A DNA stretch of 24,000 nucleotides from Candidatus Calditenuis fumarioli. Lineage in GTDB: Archaea > Thermoproteota > Nitrososphaeria_A > Caldarchaeales > Calditenuaceae. The stretch is taken from NCBI GenBank assembly GCA_030059665.1, contig JANVYR010000001.1, forward strand, positions 832,087-856,086. The letters are read 5' to 3'. The notes under the pieces were generated by a model. It was not told the DNA's origin. It made no database searches and saw only the letters and a list, made by a program, of their open reading frames with translations. This document shows, piece by piece, positions 1-9,551 of this stretch; within the stretch, counting starts at the first letter, position 1; each line of letters begins with the position of its first letter. The position numbers and the translations under genes are program-made.

Positions 1-21
1 AGCGGGCTGAGCACTGCTCCC

Positions 22-600
22 TCATAGGACCTCCACCTTCGGCAGCGCGAGCGCCCTGATCCTCTCGGCCGCGTCCTTCGCCCGCTCCTCATCGGAAAAG
101 GCCAGCTCGTACCTCCTCCTCTTCCCGGAGGCCGCGACGTCGATCCTGAGGCCGCTTCCTTTGACCCTCACGGTCACCTTGTCCAGATCGGCGTATGGGG
201 CTGCAAATGCCTCGACAAGCCCGCGGAACTTCATCCTCGGCCCGACGTATCTCTCCAGGAAGCGGGTGACGTCCTCAGGTCGGTCGCCGGAGAGCGCGCG
301 CAGCACCTCCTCCCTCTCCTCCCGCCTCTCCCTTTGGCCCAGCAGATCGTACAGGGCGTCGACCAGGACGTTGGTAGCTAAAGTGCCCAGCAGGTCGGTC
401 GCGCTTCCAGGGGTTCCCAGCGGCTTCGCGTAGAGCGACTCCCTCCTCGGGACGACCTCCGAGAGCCTATCCGTCTCCATCTCGATGAGCCTCGCGTCGG
501 TGAAGAGCAGGTAGCAGAGCCTGTAGCAACGGCCCAGCATCCTCAGCGCGAACGTCTCCCGCCACGCCTCGAGCGTCAGCACCACCTTCTCCCCGGTCAT
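22..600 (-). CDS. Uncharacterised protein, 192 aa
   Basis: Uninterrupted ORF with ATG (cat at 598-600), divergent from lpdA-like gene; no family motif recognised. Confidence 0.55.
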   Translation of the reverse strand: MTGEKVVLTLEAWRETFALRMLGRCYRLCYLLFTDARLIEMETDRLSEVVPRRESLYAKPLGTPGSATDLLGTLATNVLVDALYDLLGQRERREEREEVLRALSGDRPEDVTRFLERYVGPRMKFRGLVEAFAAPYADLDKVTVRVKGSGLRIDVAASGKRRRYELAFSDEERAKDAAERIRALALPKVEVL

Positions 601-631
601 CGCGTCCGGTCCTCATCGCGGTCGCTCATCT

Positions 632-639
632 CTTTTATG
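632..639 (+). promoter_or_regulatory. TATA-like element upstream of lpdA
   Basis: ctttta-tg element about 26 nt before GTG 663; single weak AT-rich island in the 53-bp divergent gap. Confidence 0.35.
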
Positions 640-653
640 CTACGCGTCCGACG

Positions 654-2078
654 TTGACCGAGGTGCCAGGTTTGGCGAGGTTCGACGCGGTTGTGATCGG
701 AGCCGGCCCAGCGGGCTATCTCGCGGCCCTGAGGCTGGCGCAGCTGGGGAGGTCGGTCGCGGTCGTCGAGCGGGAGAGGGTCGGGGGCGAGTGCCTGAAC
801 TGGGGCTGCATACCCTCGAAGGCGCTGATCGAGGTGGCGGATCTGGTTCACAGGGCCAAGAGGCTCTCGCAGCTGGGGATCGAGGTGGAGGTGCGCCGGA
901 TCTCGATGCCGGAGCTGATCAAATGGAAGGACTCGATCGTCGCGAAGCTGGTCAGGGGGATCGAGACGCTCTTCGACCACTACGGCGTCACCCTCATCAG
1001 GGGAGAGGGAAGGGTCAAGGCCGGCAGGAAAGTGGAGGTCCTCTCCGGGAACGGAAGGTCCGAGGTCGAGGCTGGGTCCGTGCTCCTCGCGGTGGGCTCG
1101 GTTCCCGTTACGATCCCCCAGATCCCCTTCGACGGCCGGAGGGTCATCGGCTTCAGGGAGGCGCTGTCGCTGGAGGAGGTGCCCTCGAGGCTCCTGGTGG
1201 TCGGCGGCGGAGCCATAGGCCTTGAGATGGCCTTCGCCTTCAGGAAGCTCGGATCCGAAGTGACCGTCGTCGAGCTCATGGACCGGGTTCTCCCGGCGAT
1301 GGACCCCGCCGTCTCCCGAGCGGTCCAGAGGAGCCTCGAGAGGCTCGGCGTCAGGACGCTGCTGAGGTCGACGGTCTCGTCATCGGAACCCAGAGGCGAC
1401 TCGGTCAGCGTCAGGATCGCGACGCCGAACGGCGAGCTGACGGAGGATTTCGACAGGGTGCTGGTCGCTGTGGGGAAGAGGGCGCCGGAGCTCCCGGTCG
1501 AGGGCTCAATCGGGCTCGAGCTGGACCAGCGCGGGTTCGTGAGGGTCGATGAGGCGATGAGGACGAACGTCGAATGGATTTGGGCCGCGGGCGACGTCAC
1601 AGGGCCTCCATTCCTCGCCCACAGGGCATACCGGCAGGGGCTCGTCGCGGCCGAGTCGATCGCCGGTAGGGTGACCACTTGGGCTCCGAAGTCCTACCCC
1701 GTTGCCGTCTTCACGGACCCGGAGGCCGCGTCGGTGGGGATGACGGAGGAGGAGGCATCGCGTTCCGGAAGGAGGTTCAGGTCCTTCGTCTTCCCGCTCG
1801 CCGCGCTCGGGAGGGCCCACACGGTCGGCGACGCGGAGGGCTTCGTGAAGGTCCTGCTGGAGGAGGGGACCGACGAGCTCCTCGGAGTCCACGTGGTGGG
1901 CCCGCACGCCTCTGAGCTGATCTCCGAGGCCTCGCTCGCGATGGAGAACCTGATGACACCCGATGACTTCCTGAGGGGAGTGAGGCCACACCCGACCTTC
2001 TCTGAGGCTCTGGCTGAGGCGGTGGAGCTCGCGCTCGGCAGGCCTCTTCACGTTGCCCTCAGAAAGGGCTCCTCCTGA
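654..2078 (+). CDS. lpdA: Dihydrolipoyl dehydrogenase (E3) / pyridine nucleotide-disulfide oxidoreductase
   Basis: N-terminal FAD motif VVIGAGPAGYLAAL, redox-active disulfide GGECLNWGCIPSKAL, NAD-binding GGGAIGLEMA, C-terminal HPTFSEALAEA. Start could be TTG 654 or GTG 663. Confidence 0.93.
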   Translation: MTEVPGLARFDAVVIGAGPAGYLAALRLAQLGRSVAVVERERVGGECLNWGCIPSKALIEVADLVHRAKRLSQLGIEVEVRRISMPELIKWKDSIVAKLVRGIETLFDHYGVTLIRGEGRVKAGRKVEVLSGNGRSEVEAGSVLLAVGSVPVTIPQIPFDGRRVIGFREALSLEEVPSRLLVVGGGAIGLEMAFAFRKLGSEVTVVELMDRVLPAMDPAVSRAVQRSLERLGVRTLLRSTVSSSEPRGDSVSVRIATPNGELTEDFDRVLVAVGKRAPELPVEGSIGLELDQRGFVRVDEAMRTNVEWIWAAGDVTGPPFLAHRAYRQGLVAAESIAGRVTTWAPKSYPVAVFTDPEAASVGMTEEEASRSGRRFRSFVFPLAALGRAHTVGDAEGFVKVLLEEGTDELLGVHVVGPHASELISEASLAMENLMTPDDFLRGVRPHPTFSEALAEAVELALGRPLHVALRKGSS

Positions 2079-2730
2079 CGGAATCCAGCTGGACCTCGAG
2101 GAACACCGGGATGGCCGAGAGGATGTCTCCCAGCTCCCTGGCGAAGGCCTCCGCGAACTCCCTCACGCCGACCTCAATCCCGAGCTCGCGATGGAGAGAG
2201 GTCATCACGTCCGAGGGCATGCCGCAGGGCATGATGGCGTTGAACTTCGAGAGGTCAGTGGTCAGGTTCACCGCTATTCCGTGGAAGCTGACACCTCCTT
2301 TGATCGAGAGGCCGATAGAGGCGACCTTCCTACCCGAGACCCAGACTCCGGGCTTCCCCTCCACTCGACCGGCGTTCAGGCCGTAGCGCCTCAGCGCCCT
2401 GATGGCCGCTTCCTCCAGGACGTTGACGAGCTCCCTCGGACCGAGCCCCCAGTCTTCGAGACGGATTATCGGGTAAGCCACCAGCTGTCCCGGACCGTGA
2501 TAGGTGGGACCTCCGGCCCGCTCCACGTGGTGGACTGGGTGCTGGGGCCACAGCAGGTGCTCCGGCCTGGAGTTGCGTCCGAGCGTGTAGACGTGATCGT
2601 GCTCCGTCATCAGGACCACGTCATCGCCAGATCCAGAAACCCTCTCCTGGACCAGCTCCAGCATCAGCCTGTGGGCCTCGGAGTACTCGGTCCTGCCGAG
2701 CCACCAGAACCTGAGCTCACGCGTTCCCAT
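2059..2730 (-). CDS. lipB: Lipoyl(octanoyl) transferase LipB
   Basis: Motifs [48 protein letters not shown], and [11 protein letters not shown] containing the catalytic Cys. Confidence 0.93.
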   Translation of the reverse strand: MGTRELRFWWLGRTEYSEAHRLMLELVQERVSGSGDDVVLMTEHDHVYTLGRNSRPEHLLWPQHPVHHVERAGGPTYHGPGQLVAYPIIRLEDWGLGPRELVNVLEEAAIRALRRYGLNAGRVEGKPGVWVSGRKVASIGLSIKGGVSFHGIAVNLTTDLSKFNAIMPCGMPSDVMTSLHRELGIEVGVREFAEAFARELGDILSAIPVFLEVQLDSVRRSPF

Positions 2731-3634
2731 CCGCCCTCCTCCTCAGCAGGGCCCTCACATAGGCCTCTCCCGCGAGATAGGAGCTCCTCACCAGCGGCCC
2801 AGAGGCGACGTAGAGGAACCCGAGTCCGTAGGCCATCCGCTCGAGGCGGCTGAACCTCTCCGGCGTCACGTACTCGACCACCGGCAGGTAGAGCGGTGAG
2901 TCCAGCGGCCTCAGGTACTGGCCCATCGTGACGATGTCGACCCCGACGGACCTCAGCTCCCTCAGCGCCTCGAGCACCTCCTCGTCCGTCTCGCCGAGGC
3001 CTAGCATCAGCGATGACTTCGTCAGGACCTCCGGCCTGAGCTCCTTCACGGTCCTCAGGACCCAGAGCGACCTGTCGAAGGAGGCCCTCCTGTCCCTGAC
3101 GAGGGGCGTGAGCCTCCGCACGGTCTCGACGTTGTGGCCGATCACGTCCGGTCCGGACCTCACCACCAGCTCGAGCGCCTCGGGGTCTCCGCCGAAGTCG
3201 GGTATCAGAGTCTCTACGAGGATCGATGGATCAGCGCGCTTGATCGCCCTGACGGTCTCCGCGAAGACCGATGCTCCTCCGTCGGGTAGGTCGTCCCGGC
3301 AGACGGAGGTGATCACCACGTAGCTCAGCCCCAGCTCCGCCACCGCCCCGGCCACCCTCTCCGGCTCGTCGTGGTCGATGACGCCTTTCGGGTTTCCGTG
3401 CGTAACAGCGCAGAACCTGCAGCCCCTGGTGCAGAGGTCTCCCAGGATCATGAAGGTGGCCGTCCCGGAACCCCAGCACTCGCCCACGTTGGGGCAGAGG
3501 GCCGACTGGCAGACGGTGTGGAGCCGGTACCTCCTCACGACGTCCCTGACCCGCTCGTAGGTGGGCCCCACGGGGAGCCTTACCTTCAGCCAGGGAGGCT
3601 TCGCTAGCGCAGTTCCCATCCGGGAGCTAAACAC
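2717..3634 (-). CDS. lipA: Lipoyl synthase (radical SAM)
   Basis: [31 protein letters not shown] (both Cys clusters), [26 protein letters not shown]. Confidence 0.96.
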   Translation of the reverse strand: MFSSRMGTALAKPPWLKVRLPVGPTYERVRDVVRRYRLHTVCQSALCPNVGECWGSGTATFMILGDLCTRGCRFCAVTHGNPKGVIDHDEPERVAGAVAELGLSYVVITSVCRDDLPDGGASVFAETVRAIKRADPSILVETLIPDFGGDPEALELVVRSGPDVIGHNVETVRRLTPLVRDRRASFDRSLWVLRTVKELRPEVLTKSSLMLGLGETDEEVLEALRELRSVGVDIVTMGQYLRPLDSPLYLPVVEYVTPERFSRLERMAYGLGFLYVASGPLVRSSYLAGEAYVRALLRRRADGNA

Positions 3635-3686
3635 GCTCAGCCCGGCTAAAGGCTTGCGGTCAGCAGTCGCCCTTCTGAGAGCTCAG

Positions 3687-4577
3687 CTAACCCCTGACGA
3701 CCAGCTCGACGTCGTTGCCGTCCTGGTCCTTCACGACGAAGCCGTATCGGCCAGCCAACGGCTCCGGGTCCTCGGAGATCCTCACGTTCATCGACCTGAG
3801 GTGCGCCAGAAGGTCCTCGAGGCTTCGCTCGTCGGGCAGTAGGAGGGAGAAGGAGAGGAGCCTCACCGATTCGGGAGGCGGACGGGGAGCGTCGATCCCG
3901 GCCCAGACGTTGGCGCCCACGTGGTGGTGGTAATCGCCCGCGGCGAAGAAGAGGGCTCCGTACCTGCTCCAGTCGAAGGTCACGTTCATGCCGAGCGCTC
4001 CTCGGTAGAAGGCCCTCGCCCTCTCGAGACGTGAGACGTGCAGGTGGACGTGGCCCATCACCGTTCCCTCCGGCAGCCGGTAACCCTCGCCGGGGACGTC
4101 GTCCTCGTCCCTCAGCTCCGAGAGCAGGGACCTCAAATCCAGGGGCAAAGTGTCCATGCTGAGCTCTCCGGTGGGAAGCCTCCTCCAGGTGCTCCTCGGC
4201 CGGTCGGCGTAGACCTCGATTCCGTGACCGTCAGGGTCGGAGAGGTAGAGGGCCTCGCTGACGAGGTGGTCAGACGCTCCGTGGAGGAACCAGCGCTCAG
4301 AGATCCTGAGGTAGGCCCTCGCGAGCTCCCTCCTGCTGGGCAGAAGGACCGCGAAGTGGTAGAGGCCGGTCGACCTCTGGGGCTTGGGCCTCGCTCCTCT
4401 CTGCTCCCTCAGCGCCACCAGCGGCTCGCTCCCGGCCCCCATCACGACCTCCTCGCCCGAGTCCCGGAGCTTGACCATCCCCAGCACCTCCCGGTAGAAG
4501 GCGATCGAGCGCTCGACGTCCGAGACGGATAGCCTCACCCAGCCCGGCCTCGTCCTCGGGTCTATCGCGAACCCCAA
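3687..4577 (-). CDS. Two-domain glyoxalase/VOC superfamily protein (extradiol dioxygenase-like, CatE-type)
   Basis: Two VOC modules: WVRLSVSDVERSIAFYREVLGM...YLSDPDGHGIEVYADRP and GHVHLHVSRLERARAFYRGALGM...VKDQDGNDVELV. Confidence 0.82.
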   Translation of the reverse strand: MGFAIDPRTRPGWVRLSVSDVERSIAFYREVLGMVKLRDSGEEVVMGAGSEPLVALREQRGARPKPQRSTGLYHFAVLLPSRRELARAYLRISERWFLHGASDHLVSEALYLSDPDGHGIEVYADRPRSTWRRLPTGELSMDTLPLDLRSLLSELRDEDDVPGEGYRLPEGTVMGHVHLHVSRLERARAFYRGALGMNVTFDWSRYGALFFAAGDYHHHVGANVWAGIDAPRPPPESVRLLSFSLLLPDERSLEDLLAHLRSMNVRISEDPEPLAGRYGFVVKDQDGNDVELVVRG

Positions 4578-4636
4578 CCCGGATCGAGCTCGCTGGCCAG
4601 GGCATTAAGCCGAGCGGTTCCGCTGGACATCAGGCG

Positions 4637-5752
4637 TCATCCGCGAAACCTGGTGGGGTCCAGGACCGGGGGTATCAGACCGGCCCTGATGGCGTGGTCC
4701 GCGAGCACGATGCCCACCATCGACTCGACCACGGGTACGGCCCTCGGGCCTATGACCGGGTCGTGCCTGCCGGTGACGACGACCTCCTCCTCTCTCATCG
4801 TGGAGAGGTTCAGGGTCCTCTGCGGCTTCGAGATCGATGCGGGAGGCTTGAAGGCCACCCTCACGAGGATCTCTCGTCCGGTGGAGAGGCCCCCGACGAT
4901 GCCTCCGGCGTTGTTCGTCCTCGGCAACACCTTTCCGTCGACCAGCGTAAGGGGGTCGTTGTTCTCGGAGCCCCTGCTGCCCACTGCCCGGAATCCCCTC
5001 CCGAACTCCACACCTTTGACCGCGGGGATTGCGAAGAGCGCCCTTGCGATGTCCGCATCGAGGGAGGAGAAGACGGGTTCGCCGAGGCCTACGGGAACGT
5101 TCACCGCGATGCACTCCACCAGGCTCCCTATGCTGTCGCCTGAGGCCCTCACCTGCTTGATCAGCTCGACCATGCGGGCCGCGGTCTCCTCATCGGGGCA
5201 CCTCACCTCGTTCGAGTAGCGCTTCTCCCTGATCTCGTCTACCGTGAGCTCGGGTGCCACAACTTCTCCCACCTGCTTCACGTACGCCATCACCTCGATC
5301 CCGAGCGTGACCCTGAGGAGCTTCAGCGCAACAGCACCTGCCATCACGAAGCCCGCGGTTATCCTCCCCGAGAACCTCCCTCCTCCCCGGTAGTCGTTGA
5401 AGCCTCCGTACCTCACCCTGGCGAAGTAGTCGGCGTGCCCCGGCCTCGGGACGTTCAGGAGCCTCTCGTAGCTCCTCGAGTCGACGTCCCTGTTCCAGAC
5501 GACCATCGCGATCGGAGCTCCTGTCGTGTGTCCCCTGAAGACGCCGCTGAGTATTTCCACCCTGTCCTCCTCCCTCCTCGGGGTTGCGATGGCCGACTGG
5601 CCGGGCCTCCTCAGGTCGAGGAGCGGTTGGACGTCCTCCTCCGACAGCGGAAGGCCGGCTGGGCACCCGTCGATGACCACCCCGACGCACCTCCCGTGGC
5701 TCTCGCCGAAGCTGACCACCACGAACCGCTCGCCGAGCACGTTACCCGGCAT
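4637..5752 (-). CDS. aroC: Chorismate synthase
   Basis: MPGNVLGERFVVVSFGESHGRCVGVVIDGCPAG start; GRFSGRITAGFVMAGAVA; RTNNAGGIVGGLSTG; ATG at 5752 inside a longer ORF (the ORF track start at 5911 is an over-extension into aroA). Confidence 0.96.
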   Translation of the reverse strand: MPGNVLGERFVVVSFGESHGRCVGVVIDGCPAGLPLSEEDVQPLLDLRRPGQSAIATPRREEDRVEILSGVFRGHTTGAPIAMVVWNRDVDSRSYERLLNVPRPGHADYFARVRYGGFNDYRGGGRFSGRITAGFVMAGAVALKLLRVTLGIEVMAYVKQVGEVVAPELTVDEIREKRYSNEVRCPDEETAARMVELIKQVRASGDSIGSLVECIAVNVPVGLGEPVFSSLDADIARALFAIPAVKGVEFGRGFRAVGSRGSENNDPLTLVDGKVLPRTNNAGGIVGGLSTGREILVRVAFKPPASISKPQRTLNLSTMREEEVVVTGRHDPVIGPRAVPVVESMVGIVLADHAIRAGLIPPVLDPTRFRG

Positions 5753-7028
5753 CCCTGACCTCCACCTCGCAACCCACCGCCGAGAGGTCCCTGAGGAAGT
5801 TCGGGTAGGAGACGTCCACCGACTCGACGCCGAGCGTGGCCACCTTGCCCTGTGAGGCGAGCGAGAGGAGAGCGAAGGCCATGAAGAGCCTGTGGTCCCC
5901 CTCCGGGTCAAGAACGGCCTCCCTCAGCTCTGCACCTCTGACCACCAGACCGTCCCTTTTCTCCTCGACCGATGCTCCCGCCTTTGAGAGCTCCCTCGCC
6001 AGAACCGCGATCCTGTCGGTCTCCTTGTACCTCGCGTGACCGACGCCTGAGACGATCGTCTCGCCTTCGGCGAAGCACGCCAGCACTGCGACCACCGGAA
6101 GGAGGTCCGGAGCGTCCCGGAGGTCGACGTGGACTCCGTGGAGGTCGGACCCGAAGACCTCGACGTAGTTCTCACCCTCCCTGAACCTCGCTCCCATTTC
6201 GCGGAGGACCTCGAGGATCGCGGCGTCGGCCTGAGGCAGCGACCGGTCGAGGTTCCAGACCCTGACAGATCCCCCCATGAGCAGCGGCACGGCCATCAGG
6301 AACGCGGCCAGCCCGTAGTCGCCCGGCACGGCGAACTCCCTAGCCCTCAGACCTCCGCCCTCGACGAGGACCCTGCTGCCCTCGAGCGAGACGCGTCCTC
6401 CGAAGCGGCGGACCACCTCGCACGTGGCCTCGATGTAGGGCCTCGAGACGACCTCGCCCGTCAGGCTCACCTCCAGCGCCCCATCGGAGGCGGAGCCAGC
6501 CACGATCAGCCCGGAGACGAACTGGCTGCTCACGTCGCCCCTCATCGCGCACTTTCCCCTCAGGCCCCCTTCGCCCTTCACCACGACCGGAGCGCAGCCG
6601 TTGTTCCTCGTTGACCAGGCCTCCACGCCCAACTGCCCGAGCGCCTCGAGGAGCGGCCCCATCGGCCTCCTCCTCAGGCTACCGTCGCCGGTTAGGACCG
6701 TGTAACCGCCCTCGACCAGCGAGGCCACGGCGGTGGCGATCCTGAGCGTGGTCCCCGAGTTCATCGCGTCGATGACGTCCTCCGGTACCTGAGGCCTCTC
6801 CACGCCCTCCACGACCAGCAGTCCCTCCCTCTGGTCAACCTGAGCTCCGAAGGCCCTGACCGCGTTGATGGTGGCCACCGTGTCCCTCGAGATCAGGGGA
6901 GACCTGACGGTGGAGGTTCCGTCCGAGAGCGAGGCGACGAAGACGGCCCTGTGCGTGTAGCTCTTCGAGGGCGGTGCCGTCACGTCACCGAATACCTCCT
7001 CCCTCTGCCTGACCCTGACCAGCTTCAT
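5742..7028 (-). CDS. aroA: 3-phosphoshikimate 1-carboxyvinyltransferase (EPSP synthase)
   Basis: PPSKSYTHRAVF, MNSGTTLR, RRRPMGPLLEAL, GDVSSQFVSGL, RYKETDRIAVLARELSKAG. Start MKLVRVRQREEVFG at 7028 gives an ATGA overlap with the aroE stop; overlaps aroC start by 11 bp. Confidence 0.95.
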   Translation of the reverse strand: MKLVRVRQREEVFGDVTAPPSKSYTHRAVFVASLSDGTSTVRSPLISRDTVATINAVRAFGAQVDQREGLLVVEGVERPQVPEDVIDAMNSGTTLRIATAVASLVEGGYTVLTGDGSLRRRPMGPLLEALGQLGVEAWSTRNNGCAPVVVKGEGGLRGKCAMRGDVSSQFVSGLIVAGSASDGALEVSLTGEVVSRPYIEATCEVVRRFGGRVSLEGSRVLVEGGGLRAREFAVPGDYGLAAFLMAVPLLMGGSVRVWNLDRSLPQADAAILEVLREMGARFREGENYVEVFGSDLHGVHVDLRDAPDLLPVVAVLACFAEGETIVSGVGHARYKETDRIAVLARELSKAGASVEEKRDGLVVRGAELREAVLDPEGDHRLFMAFALLSLASQGKVATLGVESVDVSYPNFLRDLSAVGCEVEVRDAG

Positions 7029-7867
7029 CCGCCCGACCACCGGACGCATGACCTCGCTATATGCTCCATCAGCCGGTGTCCCGGGTCGATCCCTGTCCAG
7101 AGCCTGAAGGAGTGGGCCGCCTGCCTCGCCAGCACCTCGATCCCGTCGACGACCTCGCATCCCGCCGCCCTCCCCAGCCTCGTCGCCGGCGGCTCGCCGG
7201 TCCTCGAGTAGACCAGGTCGACCAGGAAGGCGACCCCCCTGAGGTCCTCGACGTCGAGAGGGAGGTCCGCGTCGTGCGAGAGGCCCGCGGGTATCGCGTT
7301 CACCACCACCTCGGCTCCCCTCACCACGCGTCCCAGCTCCGACAGCGGCGCGAACCTCGCCGGAACACCGAACCTCTCCCCGCACGTCCTGGACAGCTCG
7401 AGGCCCCTCGACTCGGTCCTGTTGACGACCACCACTTCTCGGGCCCCTGTCCTTGCGAGCGCGTACGCAGCTGCCCTCGCAGCACCGCCAGCACCTATCA
7501 GAACGGCCCTCCGGAACCCCACCGCACCCCTCTCCCTCAGCGCCTCCTCTACGGCGACCCAGTCGGTGTTGTGGCCCTCCCAGCCGTCAGGCGTCCTGAC
7601 GAGGACGTTGACAGCACCGATCGCCTCGGCGTCCCGCGAGACCCTTACCGAGCACCGGAAGGCCTCCTCCTTGTGGGGGATCGTCACGTTAAGCCCGAGG
7701 AACCCGAGGTCGTGGAGGGACCTGAGGACGCTCCTGACAGCCTCTCGTTCTGAGACGTCGATGGCCACGTACCTGTGCGGCAGCCCCTTGATCAGACAGG
7801 TGACGGAGTGGATGACCGGCGAGAGGGAGTGCGATACGGGATGGCCTATCAGCCCGAGTAGCGCCAT
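7025..7867 (-). CDS. aroE: Shikimate dehydrogenase
   Basis: LLGLIGHPVSHSLSPVIHS, GLNVTIPHKEEA, GAVNVLV, GHNTDW, VLIGAGGAARAAAYAL, NRTESRGLELS. Start ATG at 7867. Confidence 0.95.
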   Translation of the reverse strand: MALLGLIGHPVSHSLSPVIHSVTCLIKGLPHRYVAIDVSEREAVRSVLRSLHDLGFLGLNVTIPHKEEAFRCSVRVSRDAEAIGAVNVLVRTPDGWEGHNTDWVAVEEALRERGAVGFRRAVLIGAGGAARAAAYALARTGAREVVVVNRTESRGLELSRTCGERFGVPARFAPLSELGRVVRGAEVVVNAIPAGLSHDADLPLDVEDLRGVAFLVDLVYSRTGEPPATRLGRAAGCEVVDGIEVLARQAAHSFRLWTGIDPGHRLMEHIARSCVRWSGG

Positions 7868-8568
7868 GCTCCCAACAGCTCCGAGAGCGAGTGGGCGGCC
7901 CTCCTCGTCTCCTCGACCGTCATCTGTCCCGGAGCGACCTCCATCCCCTGAAGTGCGGCGTACGCGAAGGGAGCTCCGAGGACGAGGCTGAGGGGCCTCG
8001 TGAAGGCGTACTCCTTCCCGACGGAGAAGGCGATCAGGTTCCCCTTCGACCAAGGGAGGCTGTGGTACAGCGAGAGCGTGGCGATCGCTCCCACGAGCGA
8101 CGAGGGCCTGGTGACGACCTTGACCAGGTCGCCGTGCTCCCTCAGGGCATGGGCCAGCTCCGCGAGCTTCTCCGGGTCGGAGCCGTTGGGGCCGAGGTGC
8201 GCAGATGCGATGACCCTTGACCTTCCGAGCTCGGCCACGACCTGCCTGACCTGCTCGTGTCCGAGAGCGTGGGAGTCCACGTCGATCAGGTCCGATCTGG
8301 GACCGACCCTCCTGAGGACGTCAGCGGCCTCTTCCGGTCCCCCCGAGAACCTCCCTCCCTCCGCGGAGCTCCTGAGGGTTGCGACGGTCTCGATGCCGAG
8401 CGACCTCACCTCCCTGAGCGTGACATCGGCCTGATCGAGCCGATCGAGGTAGTCGATCCTCAGCTCCACCATGTCGGCCCCCTCTTCCTGCGCCCTCCTC
8501 GCCAGCTCCACCATCCGGCGGTGGCCCCCGGACGCAATCGAGACGCAGACCCTGTACCTCAAGCGCAT
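7849..8568 (-). CDS. aroD: 3-dehydroquinate dehydratase, type I
   Basis: ADMVELRIDYL, ETVATLRSSAEGGRFSG, VIASAHLGPNG, LVKVVTRP; C-terminal SVGKEYAFTRPLSLVLGAPFAYAAL; pathway context. Confidence 0.9.
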   Translation of the reverse strand: MRLRYRVCVSIASGGHRRMVELARRAQEEGADMVELRIDYLDRLDQADVTLREVRSLGIETVATLRSSAEGGRFSGGPEEAADVLRRVGPRSDLIDVDSHALGHEQVRQVVAELGRSRVIASAHLGPNGSDPEKLAELAHALREHGDLVKVVTRPSSLVGAIATLSLYHSLPWSKGNLIAFSVGKEYAFTRPLSLVLGAPFAYAALQGMEVAPGQMTVEETRRAAHSLSELLGAWRYSG

Positions 8569-9551
8569 CAGACCTCGTCGATGAACTCCTCGACGGCGAT
8601 CCCCATGTGCCTCGCGGCTTTCTCGGACACCCTCACCAGGACCTCGTCGCCCTGGGAGAGGGAGGTGACGTCTAGGACCTCGCCCTTGGGGCTGACCAGC
8701 CTGATGGTCTCAGCCTTCTGGAGCGCGACCGACCCGGTGACGCCGTTCACCTCCGCGATCACGTTCACCAGCGGCCTCCGCTCGACCTTCACCCTCCCGA
8801 CCGAGACGATCCTGGTGGAGCCATCGACCGAGACCATCAAAACCCTAGACCCCGACCTGAGCTCGGAGAGGTAGTAGGTCCTCTCGGAGGGCCCGAGGAC
8901 GTAGCACTGGACGGATCCCGCGTTCACCCGGAAGGGCCTTGGTGGGGTCATCCGGCTGCCGATCGACTCGTTGTGGACGAGGAAGAGCATCCTCGCCATG
9001 TTCCCCACCAGCATTCCCTCGCCCGGCCTCAGCAGCGAGTTGGTGTCGACGCACGCCCTCTCGCCGGGACCGAGGCCCACGACGTCCTTTACCCTCGCGG
9101 CCCTGAGCTCCAACCTTCTGGGCGTCTCGACGAGCTCCCGGACGTAGTGAAGCTCCGAGAGGAGGTCCCTGGGGACCACGATCCCGTCAACTCCCCTCTC
9201 CAGGACGTGGATTAGGTCCTCGACCTCCTGGACGCTCCTCGCCCTCGCGAAGACCCTGACGCCCCTTCCCTGAAGGGCCGCTATCACGTTCTCGAGCGCT
9301 ATGATCCTCAGCTCCTCCGGCTCCACCAGGACCGCCTCCGTCCCCGGTCCGAGCGACCTGAGCATCGCCTCCACGTCCTTCTGGTCCCTGATCCTGAAGG
9401 TCTGCAATGAGCTGGGATTGTAGACGCGGATGCCGGCGTTCGCCGGTCCAACGTCGCCCAGCACCGCGTCGGCCCCGGCCTCGACGGCCCTCCTCAGGTC
9501 CTCCTCGCCGCCGACCTCTGCGATTAACTCCTTCCGCCTACCTCCGGACAT
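8568..9551 (-). CDS. 3-dehydroquinate synthase II (archaeal, oxidative deamination type, AroB')
   Basis: C-terminal RPFRVNAGSVQCYVLGPSERTYYLSELRSGSRVLMVSVDGSTRIVSVGRVKVERRPLVNVIAE typical of archaeal DHQS II; operon position directly after ADH synthase. Confidence 0.93.
   Translation of the reverse strand: MSGGRRKELIAEVGGEEDLRRAVEAGADAVLGDVGPANAGIRVYNPSSLQTFRIRDQKDVEAMLRSLGPGTEAVLVEPEELRIIALENVIAALQGRGVRVFARARSVQEVEDLIHVLERGVDGIVVPRDLLSELHYVRELVETPRRLELRAARVKDVVGLGPGERACVDTNSLLRPGEGMLVGNMARMLFLVHNESIGSRMTPPRPFRVNAGSVQCYVLGPSERTYYLSELRSGSRVLMVSVDGSTRIVSVGRVKVERRPLVNVIAEVNGVTGSVALQKAETIRLVSPKGEVLDVTSLSQGDEVLVRVSEKAARHMGIAVEEFIDEV

Noticed and set aside
2053-2853. 266-aa plus-strand ORF antisense to lipB
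   Set aside because: Low-complexity GC-driven shadow ORF, incompatible with strong LipB motifs on the opposite strand.
5753-5911. N-terminal extension of aroC in the ORF track
   Set aside because: Ser/Arg-rich translation overlaps the aroA C-terminal coding region; conserved chorismate synthase start MPGNVLGERF is at 5752.
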